Source: Microcystis aeruginosa NIES-2549 (lineage in GTDB: Bacteria > Cyanobacteriota > Cyanobacteriia > Cyanobacteriales > Microcystaceae). Taken from it: a DNA stretch of 32,000 bases. The notes beneath the pieces are model-generated. The model worked only from the letters and a program-made list of their open reading frames with translations, searched no databases and was not told where the DNA came from. The stretch lies in NCBI RefSeq assembly GCF_000981785.2, contig NZ_CP011304.1, forward strand, positions 840,001 through 872,000, read 5' to 3'. Made by a program: the position numbers and the translations under genes. Below, one piece after another: positions 1-9,174 of this stretch (position 1 is the stretch's first letter; each line of letters opens with the position of its first letter).

Positions 1-975
1 GGCCTGTTTTTGCTGGGTTTTCAGGTAGGTGGCGGCCTGTTTGAGAATCGCCATCAATTCGGCCCTAGTGATGGGGTCGGTGGGACGGAATTCGCCGTTA
101 GCTCTGCCGGCAACAATACCATTAGCCCGGGCCCATTGGATTTTTTTGGCACTCCAGCGCGTCGCTTCTACGTCGTTAAAACTGCCGCTGCCGGGGGGAA
201 TATCTTCTAGGTTAATTTTGGTGACAGTTCCCATCCCCTCAATAATCATCGAGACGAATTGTTCCCTGGTGACGGGATTTTCGGGGCGGAAGGTGTTATC
301 TTCTTTGAAACCGGCCACCACCCCAAGGGCGATCGCTTTTTCGATCTCAGTTTTATAGATATCGCCGCTAATATCCCGGAAACTGGCCCCAGAACTGGGG
401 GGGGGAGTGGTTTCGTTGATGGGCGGTCTGCCGGCGGCCGCGAGAACTTCCGTTTCTTTGCCGCTAAAGTAGAAGTGGCCTAAACTTTTGCCCTGGAAAG
501 TACGACGGCTAAATCTCCAACCCGGTTCGAGGATAATTTTCATAAATCCTGTTTGCATTCCTCGGGTTCTTCCCACCACTAATTCCGGTCTGCGAGCATC
601 CCGGGGAGTTCCCACTAAGTATAATTCGCCATTGCGTTCCACAATACGCAGGATGTAATCTAGCCCAAAATCCCGGCCATCGAGACGGATAGAATAACCA
701 TTACTATCGGTGGCGCGGCGACAAATGCCGGTAAAGTCAAAGTTGAGGAGCAGCGGGTCGATCATGACCGGATTTGAGCCGCTTTCGCTCCAACACTTCT
801 GTTTTCCCTGGATTTGTTCCAATACTAGCAGGTCAAATTTATTGCCTCCGTAGGGACGAGCGATCGCTACTATCTGGCTCTGCTCGATCTCCTGTTCATC
901 AAAGTTGGCCGCTGGTGTGGCAGTTATGCCCAAGGTCATTAGGGCGGTTAGGGCGATCGATAATCTGGCTTTCAT
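1..975 (-). CDS. Secreted envelope protein with an N-terminal conserved cyanobacterial domain (DUF3747-like) and two C-terminal S-layer-homology (SLH) repeats. Partial: the 3' end runs off the left edge.
   Basis: ATG at 975-973 opens a frame that reads without a stop to position 1 (325 codons). It is missing from the ORF track because it has no stop in the window. The N-terminus MKARLSIALTALMTLGITATPAA looks like a signal peptide. The C-terminal part contains FRDISGDIYKTEIEKAIALGVVAGFKEDNTFRPENPVTREQF and FNDVEATRWSAKKIQWARANGIVAGRANGEFRPTDPITRAEL, which match the SLH pattern. The + strand ORFs at 10-977 are its shadows. Confidence 0.8.
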   Translation of the reverse strand, partial: MKARLSIALTALMTLGITATPAANFDEQEIEQSQIVAIARPYGGNKFDLLVLEQIQGKQKCWSESGSNPVMIDPLLLNFDFTGICRRATDSNGYSIRLDGRDFGLDYILRIVERNGELYLVGTPRDARRPELVVGRTRGMQTGFMKIILEPGWRFSRRTFQGKSLGHFYFSGKETEVLAAAGRPPINETTPPPSSGASFRDISGDIYKTEIEKAIALGVVAGFKEDNTFRPENPVTREQFVSMIIEGMGTVTKINLEDIPPGSGSFNDVEATRWSAKKIQWARANGIVAGRANGEFRPTDPITRAELMAILKQAATYLKTQQKQA

Positions 976-1437
976 AATCTTTATCTGTAAGACGATTTTT
1001 GCAGTAAAAATAATAGACGTGCTAATCCCAATATTCTAAGACTGAATACTTCCAGTTGTTGTTCCAGACTGCGCCGGATTGTTGTCTGTCTGCACAAGTT
1101 TTCTCTCAATCTTCAATTTCCGAACCTATTTATCCTGGCAATATTCTGATTAAACTGGTGGGTTGATCAATATTAATTCGGTTAGCTGTTGAAACTGGGG
1201 AGATTTTGGCAGATTGTCGAAAATTTTAGCCAGCCATTTGAGTCTTAGGCTAAGATGGGGAGAGAGGCTTTTAATTGGCCGCAGCCCTTGACTTCCTCAC
1301 AGGATTTAAGCCCAGTAATTGCCTAAATAATTGCAATTAATCGATTGAGGGCTATCAGTGCCGCGGTGAATTATCATAGTTCATTAGCTCTGGTGAGCCA
1401 TTGCCCTTTCTTTGGTGTGTGTGTGAGGTAAACAATT

Positions 1438-4400
1438 ATGAGTAACTCCCCCGGTGATCCTTCTCCTCGTCCTCATCTTTTTCTGAGTATCGGTCGATTT
1501 TTACGCCGGCCTTCTACTTTAATTGTCGGGGGAATTACTCTCCTAGGAATTACCTCCCTTGGCTATTTTACGACTCGTTATTTAGTTTATGAACGTCTCA
1601 CCCCAATTTTAGATAATATCTTCAGTGAAATGCTGCACAGACCCGTCAGGGTAGGTAAGATAGAGGGCTTTTATTTTAATCGCATTCGTATGGGTAAATC
1701 GGAAATTCCAGCTACGGCCAATTCTGCCGATAGTTTATCTATTGATGCGATCGAATTGGAATTAAATCCGCTGCCCTTACTTTTAGGTCTGCCGCTGCCA
1801 GTTGATGTCAAGTTAATTAATCCCAGTATTTATCTGGATCAGGATAGAAATGGTCAATGGCTCGATAATTTAGAAAAAATAGCTAGTAACTTAGATCGGG
1901 AGGCACCTATTAAGTTAAATCTGGGGTTTCAGGTGGAGAAGGGAGCTATTACTATCCAACCCTATGCCCTGAAAAAACCGATAGAAATTAAGGCCGATGG
2001 TCAAGGAAGATTTATTGATAATCAAGAGCAGCCTCTCAGTTACGATTTTAGCGCAGAAATCCTCAAAAGTCAAGTAAAAATACAAGGAGAAACGGCGTTA
2101 AAAACGGGTGAAAGTCAAACTAATTTTCAGATCGATAGTTTAAACTTAAGTGAACTATTAACTTTAATTCCTGAGGGCAATTTCCGATTAAATCAAGGTC
2201 AAGTAAATGCTAATATTGCTCTCAATATTCCCAGTTGGGCAAAGCTAAATCAAAGTCAAGGTAATGGCAATTTTCAGGTGAGGGAAGTAGGGGGAAAATT
2301 CCAACCTTTCCAGTATCCAATTAAGCTAACAACTAAGTTAAATTTACAGGGAGATAAAGTATTAGTTGAACAAGCGATCGCCAGTATTGGCAAGATTAAA
2401 ACTGAGGTAAAGGGAGAAGTAAATTGGCAAACTGGTTATCATCTCAAGGTCGCTCTAGAATCGGTGGATTTACAACAGCTTTTAAGAATTATTTATCTGC
2501 AATCACCTCTAGATTTACGGGGAGAGGCAAAATCTACTTTTCAAGTGACGGGAAAATTAGATCAACCTCTAATTAAAGGAACCGTTAGCAACAGCAAACC
2601 GATTATTTTTGAGAAAATTACTATTCAATCAATAACCAGTAATTTTCAAACAAATCTCAATAGTCTTAATTTAGATAAAATTCAAATTAAACCCGTCGCA
2701 GGTGGAGAAATTAAAGGAGAAGGAAAATTACAGTTAAATATTCTGCAATCCTTGCAAAAAAATCAACCTCTTGACGGAACAAAAATGCCGATTAATTTAA
2801 ATTTAAAAGCGCATTTTCCCACGAAAAAAATTATATCTCAATTGGCAACAATTCCCGCTCAAATTAATATAAGCGATCTGCAAGCTAACATCAAAGCTAG
2901 AGGTAGTTTAGGACTGCCTCAATTATTAATTAATTGGCAAATACCCAGGGTTAATCAGTCAGGATTAGTCAATGTTGCTGGGGAGGGCAAAGTATTTTTA
3001 GGTGGCAACAAAATAAATTTAACCGATACGGTAATTAAAACAAATGGCGGCAGAATACAGATTAATGGTAATGGTGATTTTACTAGCAAATTAGTCCAGG
3101 CAAAAATCACGGGTAATAATTTTTTATTGACTCCTTTTCTGCCTATCGTTTGTCAATATGTAGATAGTATTTGCCCCTACCTAGAAACCTTAGAGCCGTT
3201 AAATTTAGAGACAGCTAATATTCAATTTAGTGGCAAAATTGACCAACTTAATGTTAATAGTTTAAACGGAATTGCTAACTTAGAAATTAGCGGTAAACAA
3301 GGCACAATTTTAGTCAATAGTCAAGTATTGCAAGGAAATCTTCAGGCTAACGCTTTCTTAGCGGGATTGCCGATTAATTCCCTATTGCCTAACTTACCAA
3401 CTCAGGTTAAACTATTGCGATCGCAGATTAATTTACAAGGTTATTTAGGGGAATTACTGAATAATAAAAATAATATTTTCAGCAGTTGGCAAGGTCAAGG
3501 TAATATACAGTTATTAGTAGATAATAATCCTTTAATTGCCACAGCCAAACTGAATCGAGGTTTTCTGACAGGAACAGTCAACACCGGGGGGATTAGTCTC
3601 AATCCTCTAGTGGAAAATTTAACAGTTCCCGTCAGTTTAGGCAGGACAAAAATTAACTTTACTGGTAGAATAAATTCTCTGATTAGTGGTACTTTAACAG
3701 ATTTACAAACTTGGCGCGGAGAGGGAGATATACAGTTATTTGTCAATAGTCAATCCCTAAGAACGATAGCCCAACTGGAACAAGGTATTTTAAGCGGTAT
3801 AGTTAATACGGCTGGGATTAACTTAAATCCGTTTTTACCCAAGATAAATATTCCTATTAGTCTAGGAAAAACCCAAGTCAATTTCACGGGTGCAATCAAT
3901 AATTTACTAGCGGGAAAAATCCCTAATTTTTCCACCGTCAATGCTAGGGTAAATACTCGCTTAATAGTAGATAATAATCCGATCAATACTGCTATTCAAT
4001 TAAACAACGGAATTTTTAATATTTTCAGTAGCTTAGAGAGTTTTCAGACTAATATTCCCCTAGCGTTGAATATTGATCAAGGGAGTTTTCAAGCAGCGGG
4101 AAATGCCCAAACTATTTTCGACTCCCTGCTAGAAAAACGACTCAACTTAAGCAGTGTCAAAGCAGTTTTCAACTCTCGTATTAATGTAGCTAAAGGAGAA
4201 ATTAAAGCTAAGGCACAACTGAATAATAATTTATGGCAAAGTGATATTATTGCCGCTAATCTCGATCCCGCTGCCGTACTAGGGCAATTACCAGGAATAA
4301 AATCAATCTCGATTCCTAACTTAGATTTTAGGGCCAATTTAGCGGGAAACATTCAAGAAATTTGGCAGGGAGTAACACCAATTCAAGTTAATAATCTTTC

Positions 4401-7400
4401 GGCACAGTGGGGAGAAAATAACTTTGATGTGCGAGGAAATATTCTTTTAGCTAATCTTATCAGTCAACCCGATATCGCTGAGGTTAACTTAAATCTACAG
4501 GCAAAAACTGACTTTTCTACTGTACCGCTAACGCAGATTATATCGCTTTTACCGATTGATTCTAACCTAAAACCCAGAGAATCGACACTGACAGGGATCG
4601 GAGAATTTCAAGGAAAAATCACAGGAAAAAATCTCTTAACTGCGTGGCAAAAAGTGGGAAATATAGAAATCAAAGGAGATATAAATTTAGCTAACTTTAG
4701 CATTAATGATCGACCCTTTGAACCTATCTTAAAAGGAAGTATGCAAGCAGGAATCGGTCAAAATATTAGTTTAAATCTGCGGGGAAATCAGGACATTATT
4801 GACCTAACTTTCGATCCTTGTCAACAAAAGAATTGTCTGCTGCCCTATCTTCCCTTAGCGATAAATATTCGCCAAGCTTTCGGAAATAAAACTCCTTTTC
4901 TAGCAACAGCTAAACGAAGCGGAGAAAATTTAAATGTTCAGATTGCCGATTTTCCCCTAGAAATCCTGAAAATATCTGCCGCGGCAGCCTACAATGTTCC
5001 GGGGATTATTGCTGGACAAGTGAATGCTAATCTAGACATCAATTTATTTAACTTACAGGGACAGGGACAACTAGAGATTAATCAACCTAGTTTAGGTAAC
5101 TTAATCGGGAAAAAATTAACGGCAAAGTTGCTTTATCGGGATTCCATAGTTCAACTGCAAGCGGGGAGTTTACAAGCGGGTGCAAGTCAATATAATCTGC
5201 AAGGTTTATTTAATTGGCAAACCCAAGCAATAGAAGCTAAACTGAGGGTAGATCAAGGTTATATTCAAGATTTATTATCGGTTGCTAGTATCTATGATTT
5301 AACCAGTTTAATCAACCTTTTCTCCTCCGAGAATAACCAGACTATTCAACTTAGTCCCCTAGAAGTAGGTAATCCCGAAGCTTCCCTAGCACAACAGGTA
5401 AATTTGCGGGCAAAAATTGAAGAAATAATCCAGCAATTAGCACAGGAAAGAGGGGTAGTCGGGATACCTTCCGAACTAGATTTTCGCGGCCGTTATCAAG
5501 CAAATATAGCCTTAACTGGGACTTTAAAAAATCCCGATCTTAGCGTACAATTTCAGGGCAATCGATGGGAATGGCGACCCCAAAGACCGACAGTAAATAT
5601 TGTTAACCCTCTGGGAATTGTCACCACCGATACCCAGTTAATTCCGATTGATGAAGTAACAATTAATCTTACCTTAAATCGTCAGTTGCTCAGGATAGAA
5701 CCGATTAGATTAAAGTCACGAGATTCTTCCGTATTCTTAGCGGGTGATTTTTCCCTAAACAAAGTAGAGGGAACTTTTGCCGTGGAAAATCTTTCTCTCG
5801 ATCTCTTGAGAAATTTTGTGCAGTTTCCCTTGGATGTATCCGGTAGTCTAAAAACTCAAGGACAAATTACAGGAACTTTATTAAATCCTCGTCTTCAGGG
5901 TAACTTTGCCTTTATTGATGGTGCAATTAATGCCCAAAATATTAATCAAGATATAATTGGTTTATTTACCTATAATCAGTATCGTTTTGATTTGCGGACA
6001 ACCTCCTCCGAATCAATCCAACTCTATGCCAGCATTCCCTATCCTCCCTTACCCGGTGATGATCAATTAAAAATCCAAGCAAAATTGGGAACCGATGCAC
6101 TCAAATTAATTGAAGCTATCAGTCAAAACACCATCGAATGGGTTAACGGTGAGGGAGAGGTAGTTCTTTCAGCGACGGGAAGATTAGATATAAAAGAGGG
6201 TTTAAAAATCAAAGATTTAGAAGCAAATGGTATAGTTACTCTCGATAATGCCGCTATCCGTAGTGTTACTTTTCCAGAGATTTTAACCGTAAATGGCCGC
6301 ATTGGGTTAACCCCTGAAAGCTTAACAGTACAGGAATTAGAAGGCTCGATCGCTGACAGACAAATTTCTGTAGTGGGAGTTTTACCTTTCTTTCAAGCCA
6401 TCAAAAATAATCCTCATCCCTTAACAGTTAATATTCAAGAGGGAGATATAGCAATTAATGGTCTTTATCGGGGATTAATTGCTGGGAATGCCATGGTAAC
6501 GGGAACAATTCAGCAACCAATTATCGGGGGAAATTTGCGTCTTTCTCGCGGTAAAGTTTTTCTTCCTCGCACAGCAGAAGTTAATCAAGAAACGGATAAA
6601 CCAGTGAGTCGCTGGCTGCAGCCTCTCAACATTCCTCAGACGACTAATATTACTCCGGTTTTAAATAATTTTCAAGTGTCTTTAGCGGGATTATCAATCG
6701 AACAAGAACCTTTGTATCAATTTGATTTTAGTGGTGCTTTAACCTTGAACGGTTCCCTCACACCACTGGAGAAATTACAAACTAATGGAGTAATTAATCT
6801 CGATCGAGGACGGGTTAGTTACATCGATACTCGTTTTCTTCTTAACCGACGTAATCAAAATGTTATTGTTTTCGATTCTAGTCGTGGGTTGGGACTTTTT
6901 AATCCCTTTGTTGATATTCAACTGCGAACAATTCTCAGCGAATTTTCTCAATCTCGTGATTTTGCAATCTCCCGTCCGGGGGGGGATTTTCCTAGTAATG
7001 AAATTCCCGATGATAGCCTCAATCGCATTCAAAGGATCGATGTCACTCTCAGCGTTGAAGGGGAATTAAACCGCTTGCTACCAAATTTAGGTCGTAATAT
7101 CAATGAAGTGTGCCAAATTCGTCCCGATAGTCCACCTTTTCCCCTAGAGGAAAACTATACAGATGCAGAATTACAAAAAGCCGCTAATTGTCTACAAGCA
7201 TTGGCTTTTGCTGGGGGTAAAGATGAGGGATTGCTTAATACTCCCCTAGTTAAATTAACCAGCACTCCCCCCCGCAGCCAAGGAGAAATTGTTCGACTTT
7301 TGGGGGAACAATTGCTGTCGGTTTTTAATGGTTTACAGGGGAAAAATACGGAACAATTAATTCAGTTTGGAGTGGTTCAGTTGGCGATTCCCCTCTTAGC

Positions 7401-7575
7401 CCAAGGATTCGTGTATGATGTGGAGAATGCGGTTAGTAATGCGATCGGGGCAACGGATTTTAATATTCTTCCCAATTTGGAAACCGTCTATCGAGTTAAT
7501 TCCCAGTCTTTTATCCGCTTCTCCTACGATTATAATTTGAATGAGTTTACCGTCCGCTATCAAACTCAATTTTAA
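1438..7575 (+). CDS. tamB: Translocation and assembly module protein TamB (DUF490 family, homolog of plant TIC236). Giant envelope-spanning protein.
   Basis: 2045-aa ORF with one N-terminal TM helix (LIVGGITLLGITSLGYFTTRYLV). The body is long, repetitive and rich in Asn, Gln, Leu, Ile and Gly, consistent with beta structure. The C-terminus ends in FIRFSYDYNLNEFTVRYQTQF, typical of the DUF490/TamB C-terminal domain. GAGG lies upstream of the ATG. Confidence 0.85.
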   Translation: MSNSPGDPSPRPHLFLSIGRFLRRPSTLIVGGITLLGITSLGYFTTRYLVYERLTPILDNIFSEMLHRPVRVGKIEGFYFNRIRMGKSEIPATANSADSLSIDAIELELNPLPLLLGLPLPVDVKLINPSIYLDQDRNGQWLDNLEKIASNLDREAPIKLNLGFQVEKGAITIQPYALKKPIEIKADGQGRFIDNQEQPLSYDFSAEILKSQVKIQGETALKTGESQTNFQIDSLNLSELLTLIPEGNFRLNQGQVNANIALNIPSWAKLNQSQGNGNFQVREVGGKFQPFQYPIKLTTKLNLQGDKVLVEQAIASIGKIKTEVKGEVNWQTGYHLKVALESVDLQQLLRIIYLQSPLDLRGEAKSTFQVTGKLDQPLIKGTVSNSKPIIFEKITIQSITSNFQTNLNSLNLDKIQIKPVAGGEIKGEGKLQLNILQSLQKNQPLDGTKMPINLNLKAHFPTKKIISQLATIPAQINISDLQANIKARGSLGLPQLLINWQIPRVNQSGLVNVAGEGKVFLGGNKINLTDTVIKTNGGRIQINGNGDFTSKLVQAKITGNNFLLTPFLPIVCQYVDSICPYLETLEPLNLETANIQFSGKIDQLNVNSLNGIANLEISGKQGTILVNSQVLQGNLQANAFLAGLPINSLLPNLPTQVKLLRSQINLQGYLGELLNNKNNIFSSWQGQGNIQLLVDNNPLIATAKLNRGFLTGTVNTGGISLNPLVENLTVPVSLGRTKINFTGRINSLISGTLTDLQTWRGEGDIQLFVNSQSLRTIAQLEQGILSGIVNTAGINLNPFLPKINIPISLGKTQVNFTGAINNLLAGKIPNFSTVNARVNTRLIVDNNPINTAIQLNNGIFNIFSSLESFQTNIPLALNIDQGSFQAAGNAQTIFDSLLEKRLNLSSVKAVFNSRINVAKGEIKAKAQLNNNLWQSDIIAANLDPAAVLGQLPGIKSISIPNLDFRANLAGNIQEIWQGVTPIQVNNLSAQWGENNFDVRGNILLANLISQPDIAEVNLNLQAKTDFSTVPLTQIISLLPIDSNLKPRESTLTGIGEFQGKITGKNLLTAWQKVGNIEIKGDINLANFSINDRPFEPILKGSMQAGIGQNISLNLRGNQDIIDLTFDPCQQKNCLLPYLPLAINIRQAFGNKTPFLATAKRSGENLNVQIADFPLEILKISAAAAYNVPGIIAGQVNANLDINLFNLQGQGQLEINQPSLGNLIGKKLTAKLLYRDSIVQLQAGSLQAGASQYNLQGLFNWQTQAIEAKLRVDQGYIQDLLSVASIYDLTSLINLFSSENNQTIQLSPLEVGNPEASLAQQVNLRAKIEEIIQQLAQERGVVGIPSELDFRGRYQANIALTGTLKNPDLSVQFQGNRWEWRPQRPTVNIVNPLGIVTTDTQLIPIDEVTINLTLNRQLLRIEPIRLKSRDSSVFLAGDFSLNKVEGTFAVENLSLDLLRNFVQFPLDVSGSLKTQGQITGTLLNPRLQGNFAFIDGAINAQNINQDIIGLFTYNQYRFDLRTTSSESIQLYASIPYPPLPGDDQLKIQAKLGTDALKLIEAISQNTIEWVNGEGEVVLSATGRLDIKEGLKIKDLEANGIVTLDNAAIRSVTFPEILTVNGRIGLTPESLTVQELEGSIADRQISVVGVLPFFQAIKNNPHPLTVNIQEGDIAINGLYRGLIAGNAMVTGTIQQPIIGGNLRLSRGKVFLPRTAEVNQETDKPVSRWLQPLNIPQTTNITPVLNNFQVSLAGLSIEQEPLYQFDFSGALTLNGSLTPLEKLQTNGVINLDRGRVSYIDTRFLLNRRNQNVIVFDSSRGLGLFNPFVDIQLRTILSEFSQSRDFAISRPGGDFPSNEIPDDSLNRIQRIDVTLSVEGELNRLLPNLGRNINEVCQIRPDSPPFPLEENYTDAELQKAANCLQALAFAGGKDEGLLNTPLVKLTSTPPRSQGEIVRLLGEQLLSVFNGLQGKNTEQLIQFGVVQLAIPLLAQGFVYDVENAVSNAIGATDFNILPNLETVYRVNSQSFIRFSYDYNLNEFTVRYQTQF

Positions 7576-7646
7576 AGTCAGATGGCTGGATAAAGAGGTA
7601 AAATCGGGTTATACTTAATTACTAGGAGAAACCCTATAGCTAGATC

Positions 7647-7752
7647 TAGCAGTTATTTTAATGGTGAGGTATGAGATTTTCGGTTTGGGGAGATGGGAGA
7701 CAGGAAACGATGCCCTATTAGGTTACACTTCATCTTGACCAGAAACGCTGTA
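7647..7752 (+). repeat. Dispersed ~100-bp repeat, copy A (MITE-like or structured non-coding element)
   Basis: TAGCAGTTATTTTAATGGTGAGGTA...ATTAGGTTACACTTCATCTTGACCAGAAACGCTGTA aligns with the reverse complement of 8567-8665 and with 13531-13612. The reading frames are not conserved between copies: there are stops and indels. Confidence 0.75.
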
Positions 7753-7795
7753 GGAAATAAAAAATAGTCTTTTGTTACTTTTTACTTGATCTTCC

Positions 7796-8287
7796 ATGAT
7801 TATTCGCGAGGCTAAAGAGACAGATTTACCAACAATTATCGATATCTATAATGCTGCTGTTCCCACTCGCAAGGCAACCGCAGATTTAAAGCCTATTTCC
7901 CTCGAAAGTCGGCGAGAATGGTTTAAAAAGCACGATCCTGAACAGTATCCCATCTGGGTAATAGCACTCGAAGGTCGGGTGGTGGGTTGGCTGAGTTTAC
8001 AGATGTTTTATGGTCGTGTCGCTTACCAAAAAACGGCAGAGGTTAGTTTATATATTGCCCCCGATTATCAAGGTCGTGGCATCGGTAAATTATTAGTAGA
8101 ATATGCTCTGAATTGCTGTCCAAAATTGGGTATATCTAATCTTATCTGTATTATTTTTGCCCACAATCAAGCCAGTATTCGTCTCTTTGAAAAATTCGGC
8201 TTTCAACGATGGGGTTATTTACCTCAAATTGCCGAACTAGACGATTTTCTGGCTGATGTGGTCATTTTAGGGAAAAAAATCGCTTAA
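7796..8287 (+). CDS. GNAT-family N-acetyltransferase, phosphinothricin-acetyltransferase-like
   Basis: 163 aa. The N-terminus IREAKETDLPTIIDIYNAAV, the block TAEVSLYIAPDYQGRGIGKLLVEY (acetyl-CoA-binding Q/RxxGxG/A motif) and the tail NQASIRLFEKFGFQRWG are typical of PAT-type GNATs. Confidence 0.8.
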   Translation: MIIREAKETDLPTIIDIYNAAVPTRKATADLKPISLESRREWFKKHDPEQYPIWVIALEGRVVGWLSLQMFYGRVAYQKTAEVSLYIAPDYQGRGIGKLLVEYALNCCPKLGISNLICIIFAHNQASIRLFEKFGFQRWGYLPQIAELDDFLADVVILGKKIA

Positions 8288-8566
8288 ATAGGCAATTCTC
8301 CCCATAGCTAGACTAAATTCTAGACTTAATTGAATATCAATATTTTCCGGTTCCCCTAGAGATGATTTCTGGGTGAGAGAAAAGAGATAGTCTTTATGGA
8401 TATTCCTTACTCTTTATGCTAAATTAACACACAAAATGCCAAGACAACATACTTCTAATACTAAATCTTGTTTAAAAGGTTTAGGGGAGTAGCGGAGCAT
8501 CGAAGTAGATAAATCGATTAGGTTAAGCTTTGTATCGAGGGCATTCCAGATATACTATACTCATTT

Positions 8567-8665
8567 TACAGCGTTTCTCATCAAGATGAAGTGTAACCTA
8601 ATTTGGTATCGACCACCGACTCCCTAAAACGACAACTTCCTACCTCATCATTAAGATAACTGCTA
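8567..8665 (-). repeat. Dispersed ~100-bp repeat, copy B, inverted relative to copy A
   Basis: The reverse complement reads TAGCAGTTATCTTAATGATGAGGTA...AAATTAGGTTACACTTCATCTTGATGAGAAACGCTGTA. The outer 10 nt and the inner GGTTACACTTCATCTTGA and AGAAACGCTGTA blocks are identical to copy A. It ends 5 nt before the ATG of the next gene. Confidence 0.75.
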
Positions 8666-8670
8666 TAACC

Positions 8671-9174
8671 ATGAATAATTTTAAAATACTGCTCATCGGT
8701 TACGGTAATACTTTAAGAAATGATGACGGAGTGGGAGTGAGAATAGCCGAAATTATCGCCGAGGAGAATTTGCCTAATGTGCAAGTCATCGCTACCCATC
8801 AATTGACTCCTGAGTTAGCAGCCGATATAGCTGATGCTTCCCTAGTTATTTTTGTTGATGCAGTATTATCTAATCAAACCGATATCCAGATAGAAAATTT
8901 AGCGGCAGTTACGGAATGGAATAATTTAGGTCATTCAGAAAGTCCCGCTTCTTTATTAGCATTAACTCAAGCAATTTATCAACAAACTCCCAGCGCCTGG
9001 GGAATATTTATTCCTGCTATTAACTGTGAATTTGGTGAAGAATTATCAACAATAACTCAAAAGGGCTTGACAAATGCGATTAAAGCTATTAAGAAAATTA
9101 TCACTTCTGAGGATTTGACTGAATACCAAAAGCAGGACTTTGATAATCTTCCGGCAGATAATTTTCAGGAATAG
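8671..9174 (+). CDS. hoxW: Hydrogenase maturation endopeptidase (HoxW/HybD family)
   Basis: 167 aa. The N-terminus ILLIGYGNTLRNDDGVGVRIAE carries the GNxxxxDDGVG signature of NiFe-hydrogenase C-terminal processing proteases, and VIFVDA lies downstream. The 3' end overlaps the convergent MscS gene by 74 nt. Confidence 0.75.
   Translation: MNNFKILLIGYGNTLRNDDGVGVRIAEIIAEENLPNVQVIATHQLTPELAADIADASLVIFVDAVLSNQTDIQIENLAAVTEWNNLGHSESPASLLALTQAIYQQTPSAWGIFIPAINCEFGEELSTITQKGLTNAIKAIKKIITSEDLTEYQKQDFDNLPADNFQE

Noticed and set aside
10-977. Four + strand ORFs (10-210, 29-358, 259-483, 774-977)
   Set aside because: They lie antisense to a continuous 325-codon minus-strand frame with a signal peptide and clear SLH repeats. 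They have no recognisable motifs and are shadow ORFs.
3495-7069. ORFs inside tamB: antisense 3495-3746, 3750-3986, 4089-4352 and 6775-7032, plus an alternative + frame at 6860-7069
   Set aside because: They are embedded in a 2045-aa gene with a coherent domain structure. The first two simply mirror the 225-bp coding repeat. They have no SD and no motifs.
7700-7730. Similarity of copy A (GATGCCCTATTAGGTTACAC) to a cyanobacterial type III CRISPR repeat core (GCCCTATTAGGG)
   Set aside because: The match is only 11 nt, it is present in one of the three copies, and there is no array structure. It is most likely coincidence.
8575-8595. Hammerhead-ribozyme-like CTTGATGAGAAAC in the reverse complement of repeat copy B
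   Set aside because: The CUGAUGA-like and GAAA blocks are directly adjacent with no stem II between them. The motif is also not conserved in copy A (CTTGACCAGAAAC) or in copy C.
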